In this document: positions 49,216-62,724 of the stretch, in pieces
Layout: each line of letters begins with the position of its first letter
Position numbering within the stretch: position 1 is the first letter of the stretch
From: Ancylonema sp.
Taxonomy: Eukaryota
NCBI GenBank assembly: GCA_050230475.1
Contig: JBFLGF010000012.1
Location: 62,001-126,000 of the forward strand
Length of the DNA: 64,000 bases
Direction of reading: 5' to 3'
Notes under the pieces: model-generated
Seen by the model: only the letters and a program-made list of their open reading frames with translations
Told to the model about the DNA's origin: nothing
The model's database searches: none
Program-made: the position numbers and the translations under genes

Positions 49216-51030
49216 ACAAGTATTTTCGATGAATAACTAATTCATTCATTGCACATGAATTTTCGTATTATGTATTACGAGTTTAATTCCATGCGTGAAG
49301 TCAATCAACACGAGCAAGTGAAAACGCAATCGGGATTGACTCGTTTAATATGAAGATTGATAGTGCCACAATCTAGCATGACTGATGGTACAACATTTAG
49401 TGCGTGCATTGCGAATAAAGGCCGCTTGAGTTGCACCATCGCCACGAGAATAACGTGTAATGTTTTCCGAGCATGCAACAACATTTGACTCTGGGCAAAT
49501 TAACAACATTCGATTGTTCCGTTCAGACCTTACTCGCGATGTCGATGTCGATGATTTCATTGTCGACAAATTGTCCATTCAAAATAATGCGGAAATCTCG
49601 ATAAGTAACTGAGTGAGATTCGTAAAATACCTCCGATTTGGGCACAAATTCACTCAATGATATGTCGTACATAGCAAATTTGGATAGTTTACAGCAAATT
49701 CTACAACCAACTCGACTTGTGACATGTCTCTTGCTAGAGCACCATATGTGTGAAATTCTACCACATACGCAAGTTAGAGATAATCATACAGAGCTCGGTA
49801 CAAATTATCAACGCACCATGAAACCCCCATCTCGCGACATACGCGTACAACGTCACGAATCAAATATGTAAAGTCGTTGAAGGTGCACTGTCAGCCTTAG
49901 CTCTAACACAACAAGGCCCGGCAAACACGAAAGGCGTAGTACAAATCCATGTTTTCACCACATCAGACTAAGGTGATGGCGATATTCTTCGATAATGTGA
50001 GTTTACATTTTAGCATTCGGCCAAACAACGTGTATCAATGGTTCGACGATGACCATATCCCCGCCAAATTTGACGAACCGAGACTGTGGTCAAAACAAGG
50101 CACAAATCGCGTTCATATCCATATTCTTAGCCACTAAGCTCTGCTCTTGGTGTACAATCGAATATGATGACGACAAACACACAATAAATACTCTAACAAA
50201 CACGTGTTATAGGAAACAAAAAACAAATTTCCGAAGGCGTGCATGTAACGAATATTTGAAAGACTTCCAATGCGAGACGACCATCTTTAGTACTTCATCC
50301 ACCCGACTCCCACCCGCCCATCCGCGGGTGGGCCCTCCCCCGGCCACCTTTGCCCCCCCTCGCCGGCGGTTCGACTCACCCCACCCGCGAGTGCTCCCCG
50401 CGGCTGGCCTCCCCATCCCGTTGGCCACCTGATTTTGATTTTTCACCGAAGTGCGTGTGGCCGCCCGTGGGTGGACGGGTGGGCGGATTGCACAACTCCA
50501 GGTTCACGCCATCCTGTTGCCTATAACGAGAATAAGCCTATGACAAGTATTTACTGTTCTGTTGTTAGAAAATCAGCACAGGATTTGATTGTCCCACGCA
50601 ATAACAGAGGTGGCGAAGTGTCGATCCAGTTCCGAAATTCTTCGATCATAAATTGAAGTTTAACATTAACCAATACAGACATCGCCTTTTGTCACGCCGT
50701 GTTGTGCACTCTGTAGCGCCACACGACGGCGTAATCGATTACCGCTGTCAACTTTCATTTATTTTCTTTCACGCTCAAACCTGGAGTGACCATTTTCTGT
50801 AATTCCTCAGCTATACTGCGCACGTGTGTTTTAAATGCACGTCACTGCAGTCGTTCTGCAGAGTCTCACACAACGTCCTCGATAGATATCCTATTCCACG
50901 ATAGGGTATTCGTGCCCATAGTAGTATGGGCAGTAAGGCAGATTTGTTAGCAGGTTGCCCACAGGCGATTTCAGTTTCTGCTCCACCCGCTACTGCAGCG
51001 TTTTGATCAAGGCGTTCAATTGAAACCGCC

Positions 51031-52877
51031 ATGTCACTCGCACGTGGCCCATTTCCGACTTCATTACATTTTGAAGCCCTCCAGAACCAGGATATTTGCC
51101 AGCACTTATCGTCCCCTCGACGCGGAAGTAGGTCCTGGAAGCCGGTCCCTCAATGCCGAGTCGCATACTCAGACACAAGAGACGTAGTAATTGAAAATCA
51201 TGAAACTTTAGTGAAGATTTGTGGAGTGACGAACCCGGAAGATGCCGCAATGGCTGCCTCTCTGGGAGCAGACTTCATCGGCATGATTCTCTGGCCCCGA
51301 GCCAAGCGTTCCGTGCCGTTCAGTCTAGGTGCTGAGATCGCCGCTGCTGCACGGGAGGGGGGGGCTCAGCCGGGAGGAGTTTTCGTGGACGAGGGTGGGG
51401 AGGATATTGCTCGCGCCTGCGAGGCTGTAGGGGTGTCGATCGCCCAGGTGAGGGGCATTTCTCAGAATATTTAAATAAGACTTGAGTTCTGAGTTTAGAG
51501 CTGCAATATCGGATCTTGCAACATCTTGCAAATGTTGAAGGACACATATTAGAAACGGAGGGTGTTGGAGTGATTGAAATAGCCAGAGGTACATGCATGA
51601 GGCTATCAGTCTCAGATACGCCCCTGGGGTAGAAATAGTGGCGAGACGGTTAACACAGAAGCATTCAATCATCAAACTTCATCATCTCTCGTCATGGCCC
51701 TGATAGCCAAAGATCTGTGAAATGCATGAATGAATTTCGAAGCTTGCCTGTCCGAAGCCTATGATTATACGAAGAAGCGGCATAGGTTACTCTGTATTTG
51801 TGTACATGAGGAAAGGGGGTGGATTTATTTCACGAAGTGAAACACCATACCTTGGAGCACGAAGTGAAGCACCATACCTTGGAGCCTATATTGGGAATCT
51901 TTTTAAAATCCAAGCATGTTATGAGGTAATTCCTCCTAATTCGGCTGCTGATATGACTCACTGGTTCAGTATGCACGCAATCGCTGCTTGTGGGAGTACT
52001 CCATTGCGCTGTGGGTTCGAATTCGTGATGGCTGCACTGCTGCCATTTGTATGCATGCAACTTATGGTCCTGGGGATCTAGAGCGCGTCATACTATGACT
52101 CGCCTTAGGCTTAGGGTCGTCTCCACAGCACATTGTATTGGGTGTGAAGGGTATGGGTCGTCTGGGAGCAGCTGCACGGTGATGGAGCGAGGTTAGGTCT
52201 GGGCCAGATTCCAGCCTCTCTGCACGTGACATGTGTCCTCCATGCAAACGAAGCCGGCGAAATCCAGACTCAGCTGCCACGGTCGCGAGGCGAAGGGTCA
52301 GAGGAATTGGTCGACTGGATCCTTATTGATGGGGTTCAGGGTGGAAGGTGAGGAGTACCAGAACCTCAGCTTCTGGATCATGGCTGACGCTCAATGTAAT
52401 AAAAAGAGTGGCCGCACGTCTCCCTTGTATACCTGAGAGCAACCAAGAATTTCAATATATAGGCTCTGTGCCTCCATCGGTGAATAGCATCCCGACTTTG
52501 TGTTCTGACCATGCATCTTCCGAGGATAGCCTTTGTATGTCGCGGACGACGCAATGATCGCCAGAACAGCCTCTGACCAAAGATGGAGAAATATGATATG
52601 CTAATGTCGATTGATTTTTAATAACAGAAAGAGTTTGTACTCTGGGTGCAGTGGTGAGGTCCTTGATTGGTCCAACCTGCAAGTGCCGCAAGGGATTAGC
52701 AAGAATGGGTGGATCTTGGCGGGAGGGCTGAACCCAAATAATGTTGCACATGCTGTGCGGCTCCTACAGCCAACCATGGTGGATGTGTCCAGTGGCGTCA
52801 CATTGCCGGACAAGTTGCGGAAGGACCGAGAGAAAGTGCGAGATTTTGTGCAAGCGGTTCGCGGTCGCACCACATGA
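51031..52877 (+). CDS. PAI: N-(5'-phosphoribosyl)anthranilate isomerase (TrpF) with probable transit peptide (exons 51031-51447, 52172-52347, 52652-52877)
   Basis: VKICGVT, GADFIGMI..AKRSV, GVFVDE, AQ|LHG, ILIDGVQGGS|GE, ILAGGLNPNNV, VDVSSGV; splice phases consistent. Confidence 0.95.
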
Positions 52878-54068
52878 CACCGGGGTTGAGATTGTTTGCA
52901 ATTAGGAGTGGGCAAACAATGTGCTTTCCTCACTAACCAATTCACATTTTTCAAGTCAAGGAGGGACGAAGGTGGGCAACTTGGTCGTCTTGTCCAACTT
53001 TCTGCATAAAAAGATTGTATAACTTCTAAACCTTTGTATAACTTTAACGATGCTTCATATTCCACTAGTCAACCTAACATGCATACAGTCAAATAAACTA
53101 GAGACTTCATCCATCACGAATACTTGAGTTTCGTTCGCTTTATAAGGAGCTAGTACAATTCTCTTTATAACCAATACTCTATTCACTTGTGCGAACCTCG
53201 TTTTAAGGCTATATTCGCTTGCCTTATACCATGAGATGCAAGGGGCTAGGATATTTAGCAAGCTAGATTTGAGATCGGGTTACCGGTGAATGAAAAAGTA
53301 CATCACACGATCGAATACTATGGCGCTGCGAATTGCCCTAATCGGCATGGAGTATATTCTGTCTCCTTTCTGCTCTCAATTTCAAATATTCATGTTTTAC
53401 GTAAGAAATTTGAAAGAATCAATGAACATTTGTATCACATTACAAAAGCTACACCAAAGCCTGGTTCTCAAACCGACATACATTTGATGAAACGGGTTTT
53501 TGTACGACACGGGACCCTGGACGACCTTGCATGTTGCATCATATTCATCTGAACATCTGAATTCACTAGTGACGATGCCTGGGATAAGCCGTGTAAGACA
53601 ACAGTTGGCGAATACTTTTGCACCACATGCGCCCCATGAATTTGAAGTGCTCTGCGCCCAACTCGGAGAAGTCGGGCGCCAATTTAGTCAACGACGATGA
53701 CTGTTCCGCAACAGTGGCCGCATGCATGCGCCCTTGAGCATGTGGCTGCCCCTACCACAGTGCAAACGTCGCCAGCTGACAGCCCTTCCTTATTGTTTTC
53801 GCAGGCAATTCTGCAAACATGCACACTCCGCCTCTAACCTTCACCCATCCAGAATGAGTATCGAAGTCCCCTTCCTCCATGGCTGCAATGCACGTGCTCT
53901 GTGGCCAGAAGCTCCCGAAGCCCACGATTTGTTACCCGATTACACGTCGACCAGGGGCTAGGTACATTTCCCCTGCGTGACCTTCGTGTACGACAGTATG
54001 CCGCTTCCTCACATTTATCCAGCCCATCCCTGGCCCTGCGACACCGTTGGCACCGACCAATAATCGGA

Positions 54069-55941
54069 ATGAAGAGGGCGAAGATCCCAACCTCCACGTT
54101 TCGCCTCGGAACTCCCACCTTCAAAGCCACACTGCCCCTCGTCCCGAATCTGTGGAATATCGCGATCGTCCTCATCCTCGTCCTGCACCTATTTGCGTGC
54201 TTCTACTTCGCGAGTGGCCGAACCAATGAGGTCGGCTGCCTGCCACCTCATGCCAACTCAGCACAGAAGGCGGGGTCGCAAAGGCCTCCTCCAAAATTCA
54301 TGGTTTACCGTCTGATAGGCAACAACATGCCGCCGCTTCAGTGCCCCAGTCAGCTCCTTTGGAACACTCAGGTAGGACAGCTGGCACTCGAAACACAGTC
54401 GATACATATAGAGATGAGCTTTCCTTCCATTCTAATGGCAATGCCAGATGCGAGATGCTGTCGATGCACAGAACGAGGATTAATAATCATAAGTTCCACT
54501 CCTCCTCAGCTAATTAGGTACACCTCTTATGGTCTGCCTGTCGCGATGCCATACACACCTCCACCTCACTGCCGTTGCCCTCTTAGTCACTCCCGATCGG
54601 CATGGATGCATCCCCCCCCCCCCCTTCTGCACCTGGCAGTATGCGTTGAAGCACGAAGGTCCTCTGGCAGAGTGCGGGCAGCGGTGGGTGCTAAATCAGA
54701 TCCTGAATGCCACAGAGAGGGCGCTATTGATCGACAGTCTGGTAGCAGCGGGATACGGTCTTGATGACATCATCATCCGACGTCTCAACATTACCCAAGT
54801 GAGCATGTCATTGGGCCCCCCCCCCCACCCCGGTTCACTGACACGCACCCCCTCTCTTACCCTTGCCAGGTGGCAGTCCTGCCTAAAGCCACGTGGGTGG
54901 ATGCTGTGACCGCGCAGAACGAGGGCAGGAATGCAGCCCTTGAGGATGGAATGCGATCCGGCGCCCGCTGGATTTTGCCGCTGGACGGGAATCACTTTCT
55001 GACGCAGGAGGCCTGGGAGGCCATACGGAAGTCGGCAGAGGCGGCGGACAGGAAGGGGTATGAGTACTTCAAGGTACAGGGGGGGGGAGCGAAGTGATTG
55101 TATAGATTTATATATACATACATACATGTTTTAAGATTCTTATGAGTATAATGTATATCATCAACATTATTATAACTTCTATTATTGTCATTATTCTCAT
55201 GCTTATGGATACGAAGTGAAATGAGGATTGGGTAATTGTGGGGCTCGATTTATATTCATTTCACCACCCACTGCCAGTGGACACACACTGACAGGTGTGC
55301 GTCAACGGCTGTCTGCCACTTGTCAGATCCCCACTCACCGCTTGCACAAACTGCACGACCCGTCTTGGGTAACCGCCTCCTCCCTCTTCAAGGACATCCA
55401 ACCGCACGCCCCCCTCCGAATCGAGAGCCAGCTGGCCTTCAGACACGATGCAGAGCTCCGCTTCAAGACAGGTGGGGGCCTGAAGGGAGAGAAGAAAAGA
55501 GAAGGCCTTCCCCTCCCCATCATGAGCTGACATCTTCACCCCTTGCCAGGCATGACATACGGGCGGCAGAACAAACTTGAGCTGCTGGCAAGGGCATGCG
55601 GGGCTCCCCCGGAGGAGCAGAGGTGTGGATGCAGCGATTTGGGGCAGGAGGGGCAGCCGCACCCAAGCACTCCGCAGATTGCTGCCCAGTGCGGATATTC
55701 TCTCAGGCTCTGGTTCTACCCATGTGAAGGCATCGATCCAGATAAGGTTGAAGGGTTCGCAGCGGGCGGGGGCGTGGGGATGTGGGGAGGGCTGGTTGTG
55801 AGCACCTGTTTTTTTTCTCCTTGTTTGGATTCGCAGGTTTTCAATAAGGGGATGTATCGTAAGCGGGCGCGCTCCAACTCGACTCGAGCCATGTATGAGA
55901 GAGTGAAAGTGGTGGTGAGGCACCCAGAGTTTCTGGAATGA
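54069..55941 (+). CDS. Uncharacterised membrane-anchored protein, possible glycosyltransferase-like domain (6 exons: 54069-54371, 54640-54798, 54870-55073, 55327-55471, 55550-55746, 55837-55941)
   Basis: Hydrophobic IAIVLILVLHLFACFYF, then YRLIGNNMPP..Q..N, RWVLNQI, QNEGRNAAL..G...ARWILPLDGNHF; all junctions GT-AG and in frame. Confidence 0.72.
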
Positions 55942-56715
55942 TAACCGTCCCTCTATGTCTCTGGCTACGACATGGTGTTGGGCAGACGCTGCTCTCTGTG
56001 TACATGGATGCCCATTCATTCATTTTTTCTGGTTTTATTGATTGATGTGCGGAGCCACTAGTGGCTTGCTTGCTCCGCAGGGTGTAGTACATGACTTCAC
56101 ACCTTAAATACGATTTCTAGCCATCTCAGCATATTCCCACTCCAGCAATGTGTTTGTAGACCACATTTCCTCTTCAGATTGGCCCTCTAGTGCAACCCAC
56201 AGGCAATATTTGGTGCGACCCACACACGGTTTGTACATGTGGGCAAGTGGGCAACCAGGAGGATATTTCCGAGGATGCTTAGGCATAAATTTCTTTGTGC
56301 AATAAATCATGAAGTGCACACGTGAGATTCACCTCTATGCCAATCCTGTGGCGGTATGCACAAAACACTGAATTGCGTTTCTGTTCGAAGCGCCCAGCCT
56401 AGACAGCCTGCAGTTGCGTACAGAACGTCGACCACGAGGACCAGGTGCACCATCCGTCACATAGCGTCATCGACACACATATCAGTCCAGTGCAACTGAG
56501 TGTGCCTATAAGGAGGGAAGTGTGTAGAGGGCTTCCAGAATGAATGAGATATGTACAAAAAATCGGCGCTTCACGAGATCCCCACTCCACACTCCACACT
56601 CTACACCCACACACCGACCGAATATCCCTTGTTGTGTCATCACCATATAGGCACACAATCGTATATTGTCCGGCAACCTCTTATTCACAAAACTTGGTGC
56701 CTGTTTTGTGAACAG

Positions 56716-57551
56716 TCAGTCTGTGGGGTGCTTGTCTGCTCTGATTGCCGTATGGTGCGCTGCCAGAAGCAGCAACGATAGAAGAGAGGAGGCAATGAAA
56801 ATGGCATCGAACCATCTGTGGTAGAAGTTGAACTGAATGTCTCCCCCCAACACATCTGTAATGATCAACCTGCAAACTCCAACACCGCGGGGGGCCCACA
56901 TTCCAAAAAGTTTGATAGTAAACGCATCACCCCTAAGCCGACAGAGGCAGAGCTTCGGAGCATCTTTCTACACTTCCTCCCTCCCCCTCCCTTGTCACCT
57001 GTACTCGAGCGCCAGGCTCTTGCGGATGAGCAGAATGGAGGAGACAAAGTACATACCCATCATCTCTGCCAGAAACAGAACCACGTTGCTGGACAGCGCC
57101 CCCCTGCCATTGGACACTGCAAATAAAAACTGGCCGGGCAAGAGGAGAAGAGAAGGAGGAGGAGGAGGAGGAGGAGGAGGAGGAGGAGGTGGCATGAGGA
57201 CTAGGAGGGGGTCGAGTGCCATGCTCGTTAATGGTGGCAGGGGGGGAGTACCTTCATGAGGTTGCTCAGGAATCCTCGGAGGGAGACGGTGATGAGCGCC
57301 CCCACAAAGATGAGGGAGGTGTACTGGGACCACAGCGGGACGTTGAGGGTGACGTGGAAGAGGCGGAACACAAACACGAGACCGTTTGTCACCGGGTCCC
57401 CGCTGCCAACCTCCTTCAGAACCACGCTCCGCAGGGACTGGCCCCTCCCCCCAACTCATCACTTCCCCATCCCTTCTCTTCCTCCCCCCCCCCCCCCCCA
57501 CCCACTCACACTGTACATTTTGGTGACGCAGTACACAGAGCAGGCGTAATT
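56716..57551 (-). pseudogene. GTG1: GPCR-type G protein GTG/GPR89, C-terminal part only (exons about 57551-57510, 57437-57252, 57129-56999, 56869-56716)
   Basis: [80 protein letters not shown]; similarity stops abruptly upstream of YACS. Confidence 0.85.
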
Positions 57552-58293
57552 GCAAGGGAGCCTCAGCGCCAAGCCGTTTGATGTACGGCAACTTGGTGAT
57601 GAGGGGCGCTTATTAGCGCCGAAATAACTGAGTAGCTGCATTTGGAAGCGCCGTTAAATGACAGGTGCTGTACAACCGAGTTGGTTGAACCAACAGCCCC
57701 GTATTTTCGATAACCGGTTGTCTCCTTCCTCCCCGTCTGTTGACGTCTCCGTCGGGGGCGGAGACATGTGTCCAAAAACCAATCACGAAGTCGTTCTGAT
57801 TCTCAGAAAGAGTTGACCAAAAGCTCATGTGATGACCACCAGGCAGGACCTGCAAAGAGGACTGCTGCCGGTCAATAGCCCAAGATCGCAACATGATGTC
57901 ACAGAGCAGATTATCAATGTCCCTTTCCCCTGCATCTGGCGTCTGTCAAAATTCTTAATGCAGATGCCACAATTATACATATATCCATCATATCCACCAT
58001 ATTTATCCATATATATCATTCGCAGATCATTCGCTGGTATGTCGCAGTAACAGGGTCATAATATGCAGTCGATTGGTTATACAGGGTTCCAGAAGGGGAT
58101 CCTTGTAGTTGAGGTATGAGCGGAAATGCATCGCTAACCGCGGACCGAAGTCCAGGTGTGCCTCCCATTCTGAGTTCCCTGTATAAATGGAGTCCACATG
58201 TTTGAAGATATATGAAAAACGTGTAGATACACACCAGTATCATCTGGTCTTGGTATCGAACATATGATTCAGGTATCGTGGCATCGATTTCAT

Positions 58294-59939
58294 ATGGCCT
58301 TGGCAGATACAGCAGATGGGCGCTCGGCAGCCTCCAATCCTGGCGCAATCTTTGCCCTCGCCGGAGCAAGCAATATGTTTGCGGCGGCCATCACCAATCC
58401 CGTGAATGTCGTTAAAGTTCGTATGCAGCTGGATGGCGCCCTCGGGACTCAGGTTAGCGCCTTTGTTGGCTACGTATCCGCAGCCTTTGAACTGCGTTTA
58501 GAAACGCGCCTGCAATGCTTGGATTCCCGTTTCTTATTTCGAGACCACGTGCATCACTCATTTCCTCCGTATTGCCCCACACAGCCACGAGCTTATTTGG
58601 GGCTCGGCCGCGGTCTGTCCAAAATCTGGACTGAAGAGGGGCTCAAGGGACTGTGGAGGGGCACAAATGCTGCGCTACTTCGGGAAGCTTCCTATTCCTC
58701 CATTCGCATGGGAGCCTATGAACCGTTCAAGCAGGTGACAGGCAATGACTGCATACCTCGTACCTGGGAAGGGTTGAGGCGGATTTGGTGCTCACCCCAG
58801 TCTGGCCACGCTGGGGCAGGTCTAACCGAGGGCCGCTAGCGATTGGCAGGCATTGGGCTCTAAAGACACCGCTCACACTCCGCTGTGGGTGAAAGTGACA
58901 GCTGGCACGTGCTCCGGGGTGATTGGAAGCACAGTGGCCAATCCAACGGACGTTGTCATCATCAGAATGCAGGCAGCCATCACAGTACCCTCACCTGCCC
59001 CAACTCCAGGTGGGGCTGCTTCAGAGATTCGTTGTATCCGGCAAGGAGGATCTGTGGGCCGCACGGATGAGTCACTCATGAGATGCGGAGGGGATTGCAC
59101 ATGACCCGCATCCGATTCGGAATTCATGGAGTCGGAGTGGGTAGTACAGGGTGTAGGTCTCAAAGGATTCCTCCCGTACACACGGGTTCGATGATAGTCT
59201 TTGAGGAGAGTGGGTCTGCCCCCATGGATGGCATCCCCATGGCCTGGCTTCCGATAACTCCACCCTGACCAACGCACTCAGACGGGACGAAGCGAGGGGA
59301 TTGTTATGTGAATCATGATGGGGCACTACACTTTGTCTCCAAGCTTCAGAGACCATGTCGACCTGAACCTGGACATGAAAGGTGACTCACATCACTGCCA
59401 GGTGTCGCCGCTGCAGGAGGCCCGCCAGTGCGTCATTACAGGAGCACCCTCCACGCGTTCCAGAGCATCTGGAGGCATGAGGGGGTGAGAGGATTTTACA
59501 GAGGGCTCGTCCCCAGTGTGCAACGAGCGGCTTTACTGAATGCCGCCCAGGTCCCGAGCTACGACCACACAAAGCATCTGCTCCTCAACTCAGGGGCACT
59601 TGGGGAAGGCGTCATCTGCCACTTAGTGGCCTCTATGACAGCTGGCCTGGTCACTGCAGTCGTAATTTCGCCCGTGGATTTAGTGAAAACGAGGTAAGTG
59701 CCGAGTGCCGTTTCTGAGGTGGTGAAGGATAGATGAAAAGTTGAGTGGGCAAGGAATGCGTGCAGCCAATCCGGAGTGTGCAGAGCGCCTCAAGTTGCAG
59801 TGGTCCCGTAGGGCAACCTGTGTGCTGATTGGAGGACGTACACAAAGATGGTGCCCATTCTCACTTGTCATGTGCTATTGGTTTGAAAGTAACCTCACCG
59901 AACCTCGATCTGTTGTTTTTGGTATGCGATGACAACGAC

Positions 59940-59970
<31 letters not shown>

Positions 59971-60360
59971 GTGATGGTGATGATGATGATGATGATGATG
60001 ACGATGGTGATGATGATGACGACGACAGTGATGATGATGATGATGACGATGATGATGATGATGAGGACGATGACGATGACGATGATGATGATGATGATGC
60101 TGATGATGCTGATGATGATGACAATGATGATGATGGTGATGTCATAATGCAGGATGATGCAGCAAGAAGTCCATGCATGTGGAAGAGGAGCCCTCTATTC
60201 GTCCTCGCTAGACTGTTTTGCACAGACTGCAAGGGCGGAGGGCTTGTCGGGGCTATATAAGGGGTTTATGCCCGTGTCGATGCGCATTGGCCCACATACA
60301 ATTATCACATTTTTTGTGTTCGAACAGATGAGGAAGATGCTCGGCATTAAGCCCATATAA
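58294..60360 (+). CDS. Mitochondrial carrier family protein, UCP/ucpB-like (exons 58294-58452, 58585-58734, 58850-59009, 59402-59693, 60153-60360)
   Basis: Three carrier signatures (PVNVVKVRMQ, PTDVVIIRMQ, PVDLVKTR) and three EG..G..[RK]G motifs; REASYSSIRMGAYEP, QRAALLNAAQVPSYD, RIGPHT. Confidence 0.93.
59928..60141. repeat. Imperfect (GAT)n microsatellite in the last carrier intron
   Basis: Lies between the GTAAGT donor (59694) and the AG acceptor (60151-60152). Confidence 0.95.
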
Positions 60361-62201
60361 AACGGGCATGTGAGACTCGTGCTGTCCTCAATAATCATCC
60401 AGTTTCAGAAGTGTTGAACTACAAATTGGGGGCATTGCATGAGGTCTCTAATGTTGCAAGACACAAAAAAAGTTCAGGTGTTTAATTAGTCTTGATGGTG
60501 TGATTTGATGCATGTGCATACCGTTTGTGCTTCATTTCAGGGCATACGTCTATATTTACGAAAGAATGGAGACATGGAAATCTCGAAGTAGGGATAACCG
60601 CTTCTGATCTTCTTGATTTTATATTTCTCATCTGAAACAAACAGCACATCGCAATACAATGTGCACAAGTTCACCATTAACATACCCGTGTAAGGCCAGA
60701 TTAGCTCACATGTGCGTGCACCATCATGCACGCATGGATGGTGCCATTCTGCGGGGAACTTATGCTGCTTTCCGGTGTGTTTGTTCGCTTGCTACGAGTT
60801 TAGGCACATAGAGCGGTAGTGCATGAGACACTAGTCGCCTGGTTATTTGACCAGCCGAAGTAGGGTATTTGATGCATCGATAGTCGGTGGTTTGGCCGAC
60901 TGTTGGACATCACCACGAATTTTCTTGTTGGGTAGTGAGCCAAAACGCCTAGTCATCGACACATTACTACTGCCGGACCAAGATTATTCTGGTTACATGT
61001 ATCATTTGTACCACATTCGGTCACTACTCACGACCATCCATACACCTATGCATCTTGCAGCATATCAGAAGTCTTGGTACCGATTCCGATCCTTGTTGTA
61101 ATCCATGGCGTATTTGTCGTGTATTTAGAAGGTGGTTTAGTGGCTCACGCAAACATCGCCTGGCACACAGGCGCACCTACGTATACCTATACATTTATGC
61201 TGAGCTCCAGCATACCTTGCTATGAGTATCATCACGTGAGTATCATTCGGCATTCTACATTGACACGCATCATCATAGACACAATCACATTCAGCCGCAC
61301 TTGACGAGTCGTAGTCATACTCGTGTGCATGTCCATCATGTTAATAGTCGGCACTCTCGTTATATGAGTGATACGCATGCTTGTTATACTGGTCGCTGAC
61401 ACGTGCCATGCCCACAACGTAGTCTAGCATGGCACTTGCATTCGATTCGTTATCTAGGTAAACTTCAAAAGGACTCCACTGCACCGGCTTTATGTTACAT
61501 GCACAGGCTCACATGTGCAAACGCTCTAATCATAGATAGAGAAGGTGATTGACGGCCCACTTTGTACGCAATCACTTTACCCCTCACTTTGTATAACTGT
61601 CTTCTATTTAGCGAGTATACCGTAACGGTCGGGTTCAACTAGCCAACTTTTTTTCCCGAATTATTTTTATGCATTTCGGAACCCCTTACCTTCACCCGTT
61701 TTTTATTCATTTCGATTCCCCCACCACCTCACCTCTACTTGTCTCTGTGAATTTCTGGATACCTCCAAAGCTTGGGTAAGAGAATCCCCCAAATTTTTCA
61801 ATTCTAACAGCCTTGTACACACTTGCTTCTCACACATACGGTATCAGAATCCGCATGTGTGAAGTCCAATTTGTGGTGTCCACATCTGTGTCTCGCATGT
61901 GTCTAGTCTTAATTCACACATAGTCAGCGCAATTGTACACATGCCCGGTCCGAGTAGTCTACTTCACGTGTGTCCACTCCAATCCGAGTCCAACCCACGT
62001 TCCTCGTTTACCCAGCTCGAAACCCCAATTTAAAATGACACCAGAATGGGCATAGAGTGGCCAATCTGCAGTCCGGACGAAGTTGAAGTTGTTTTGGATT
62101 CGGGGCCTAATGCTAGTCAATATGTTCATGACGACCTGAAAGCAGTGGCAACGCTAAACGAAGGGTTAGCTCCATAGTATAGGGACTAACCGTGTCATAT
62201 G

Positions 62202-62724
62202 TCGGGTTGTGAATATAACATAATTTCCGATCCGGGTGTAAGAATTATTGTAAATTTTACGCAATTCCTATAAAACGCATTAAACATAAAAATCGCAGAT
62301 CGAGCTCAAAATGAGGAAAAATTTAAATTTACGCAAGCGTGAGGCGTAATTACGTAACATTTACAAAGGCGCACACCACAAAAGATAGGCAAAATTTGTG
62401 GCGCCCGGCGGCAAAAATCGAACTTCACTATCAAAAGCGACATACATACGTAAATCTGCTACGCAATGTCCAAACTTACTCAACGTGCACGTACAAAACA
62501 ATATACAACATGATTGTGTGCATTTTTTTATTTTTTTTTCGATAGATGTACACAAATAGTTGATGAATCTTACTTAATTACTGAAATCAGCGATTTCGGC
62601 CACGGTAATACATAATAGAGGTTTTTGCGCAATTTGTAAAATTTTCGTACATTTTGCGTAATTATGGCGAAAATTGCGCTATTATAATATCAATCGTAAT
62701 GTAAATGTACCGTTCACAACCCTA
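62202..62724. mobile_element. hAT-like MITE (523 bp)
   Basis: 12-bp TIR T(C/A)GGGTTGTGAA with one mismatch; 8-bp flanks GTCATATG / GTCATATC; AT-rich interior with repeated TACGCAA. Confidence 0.8.

Noticed and set aside
50295..50500. GC-rich CACCCG/CGGGTG cluster as a transposon end
   Set aside because: No matching opposite terminus or TSD found.
59829..60260. Poly-Asp, poly-Ser and poly-Met ORFs
   Set aside because: Translations of an intronic (GAT)n microsatellite.
60690..61400. Another LTR-family unit
   Set aside because: Only weak motif echoes (CCTTGC, CTCGTTATA); termini and TSD could not be fixed.
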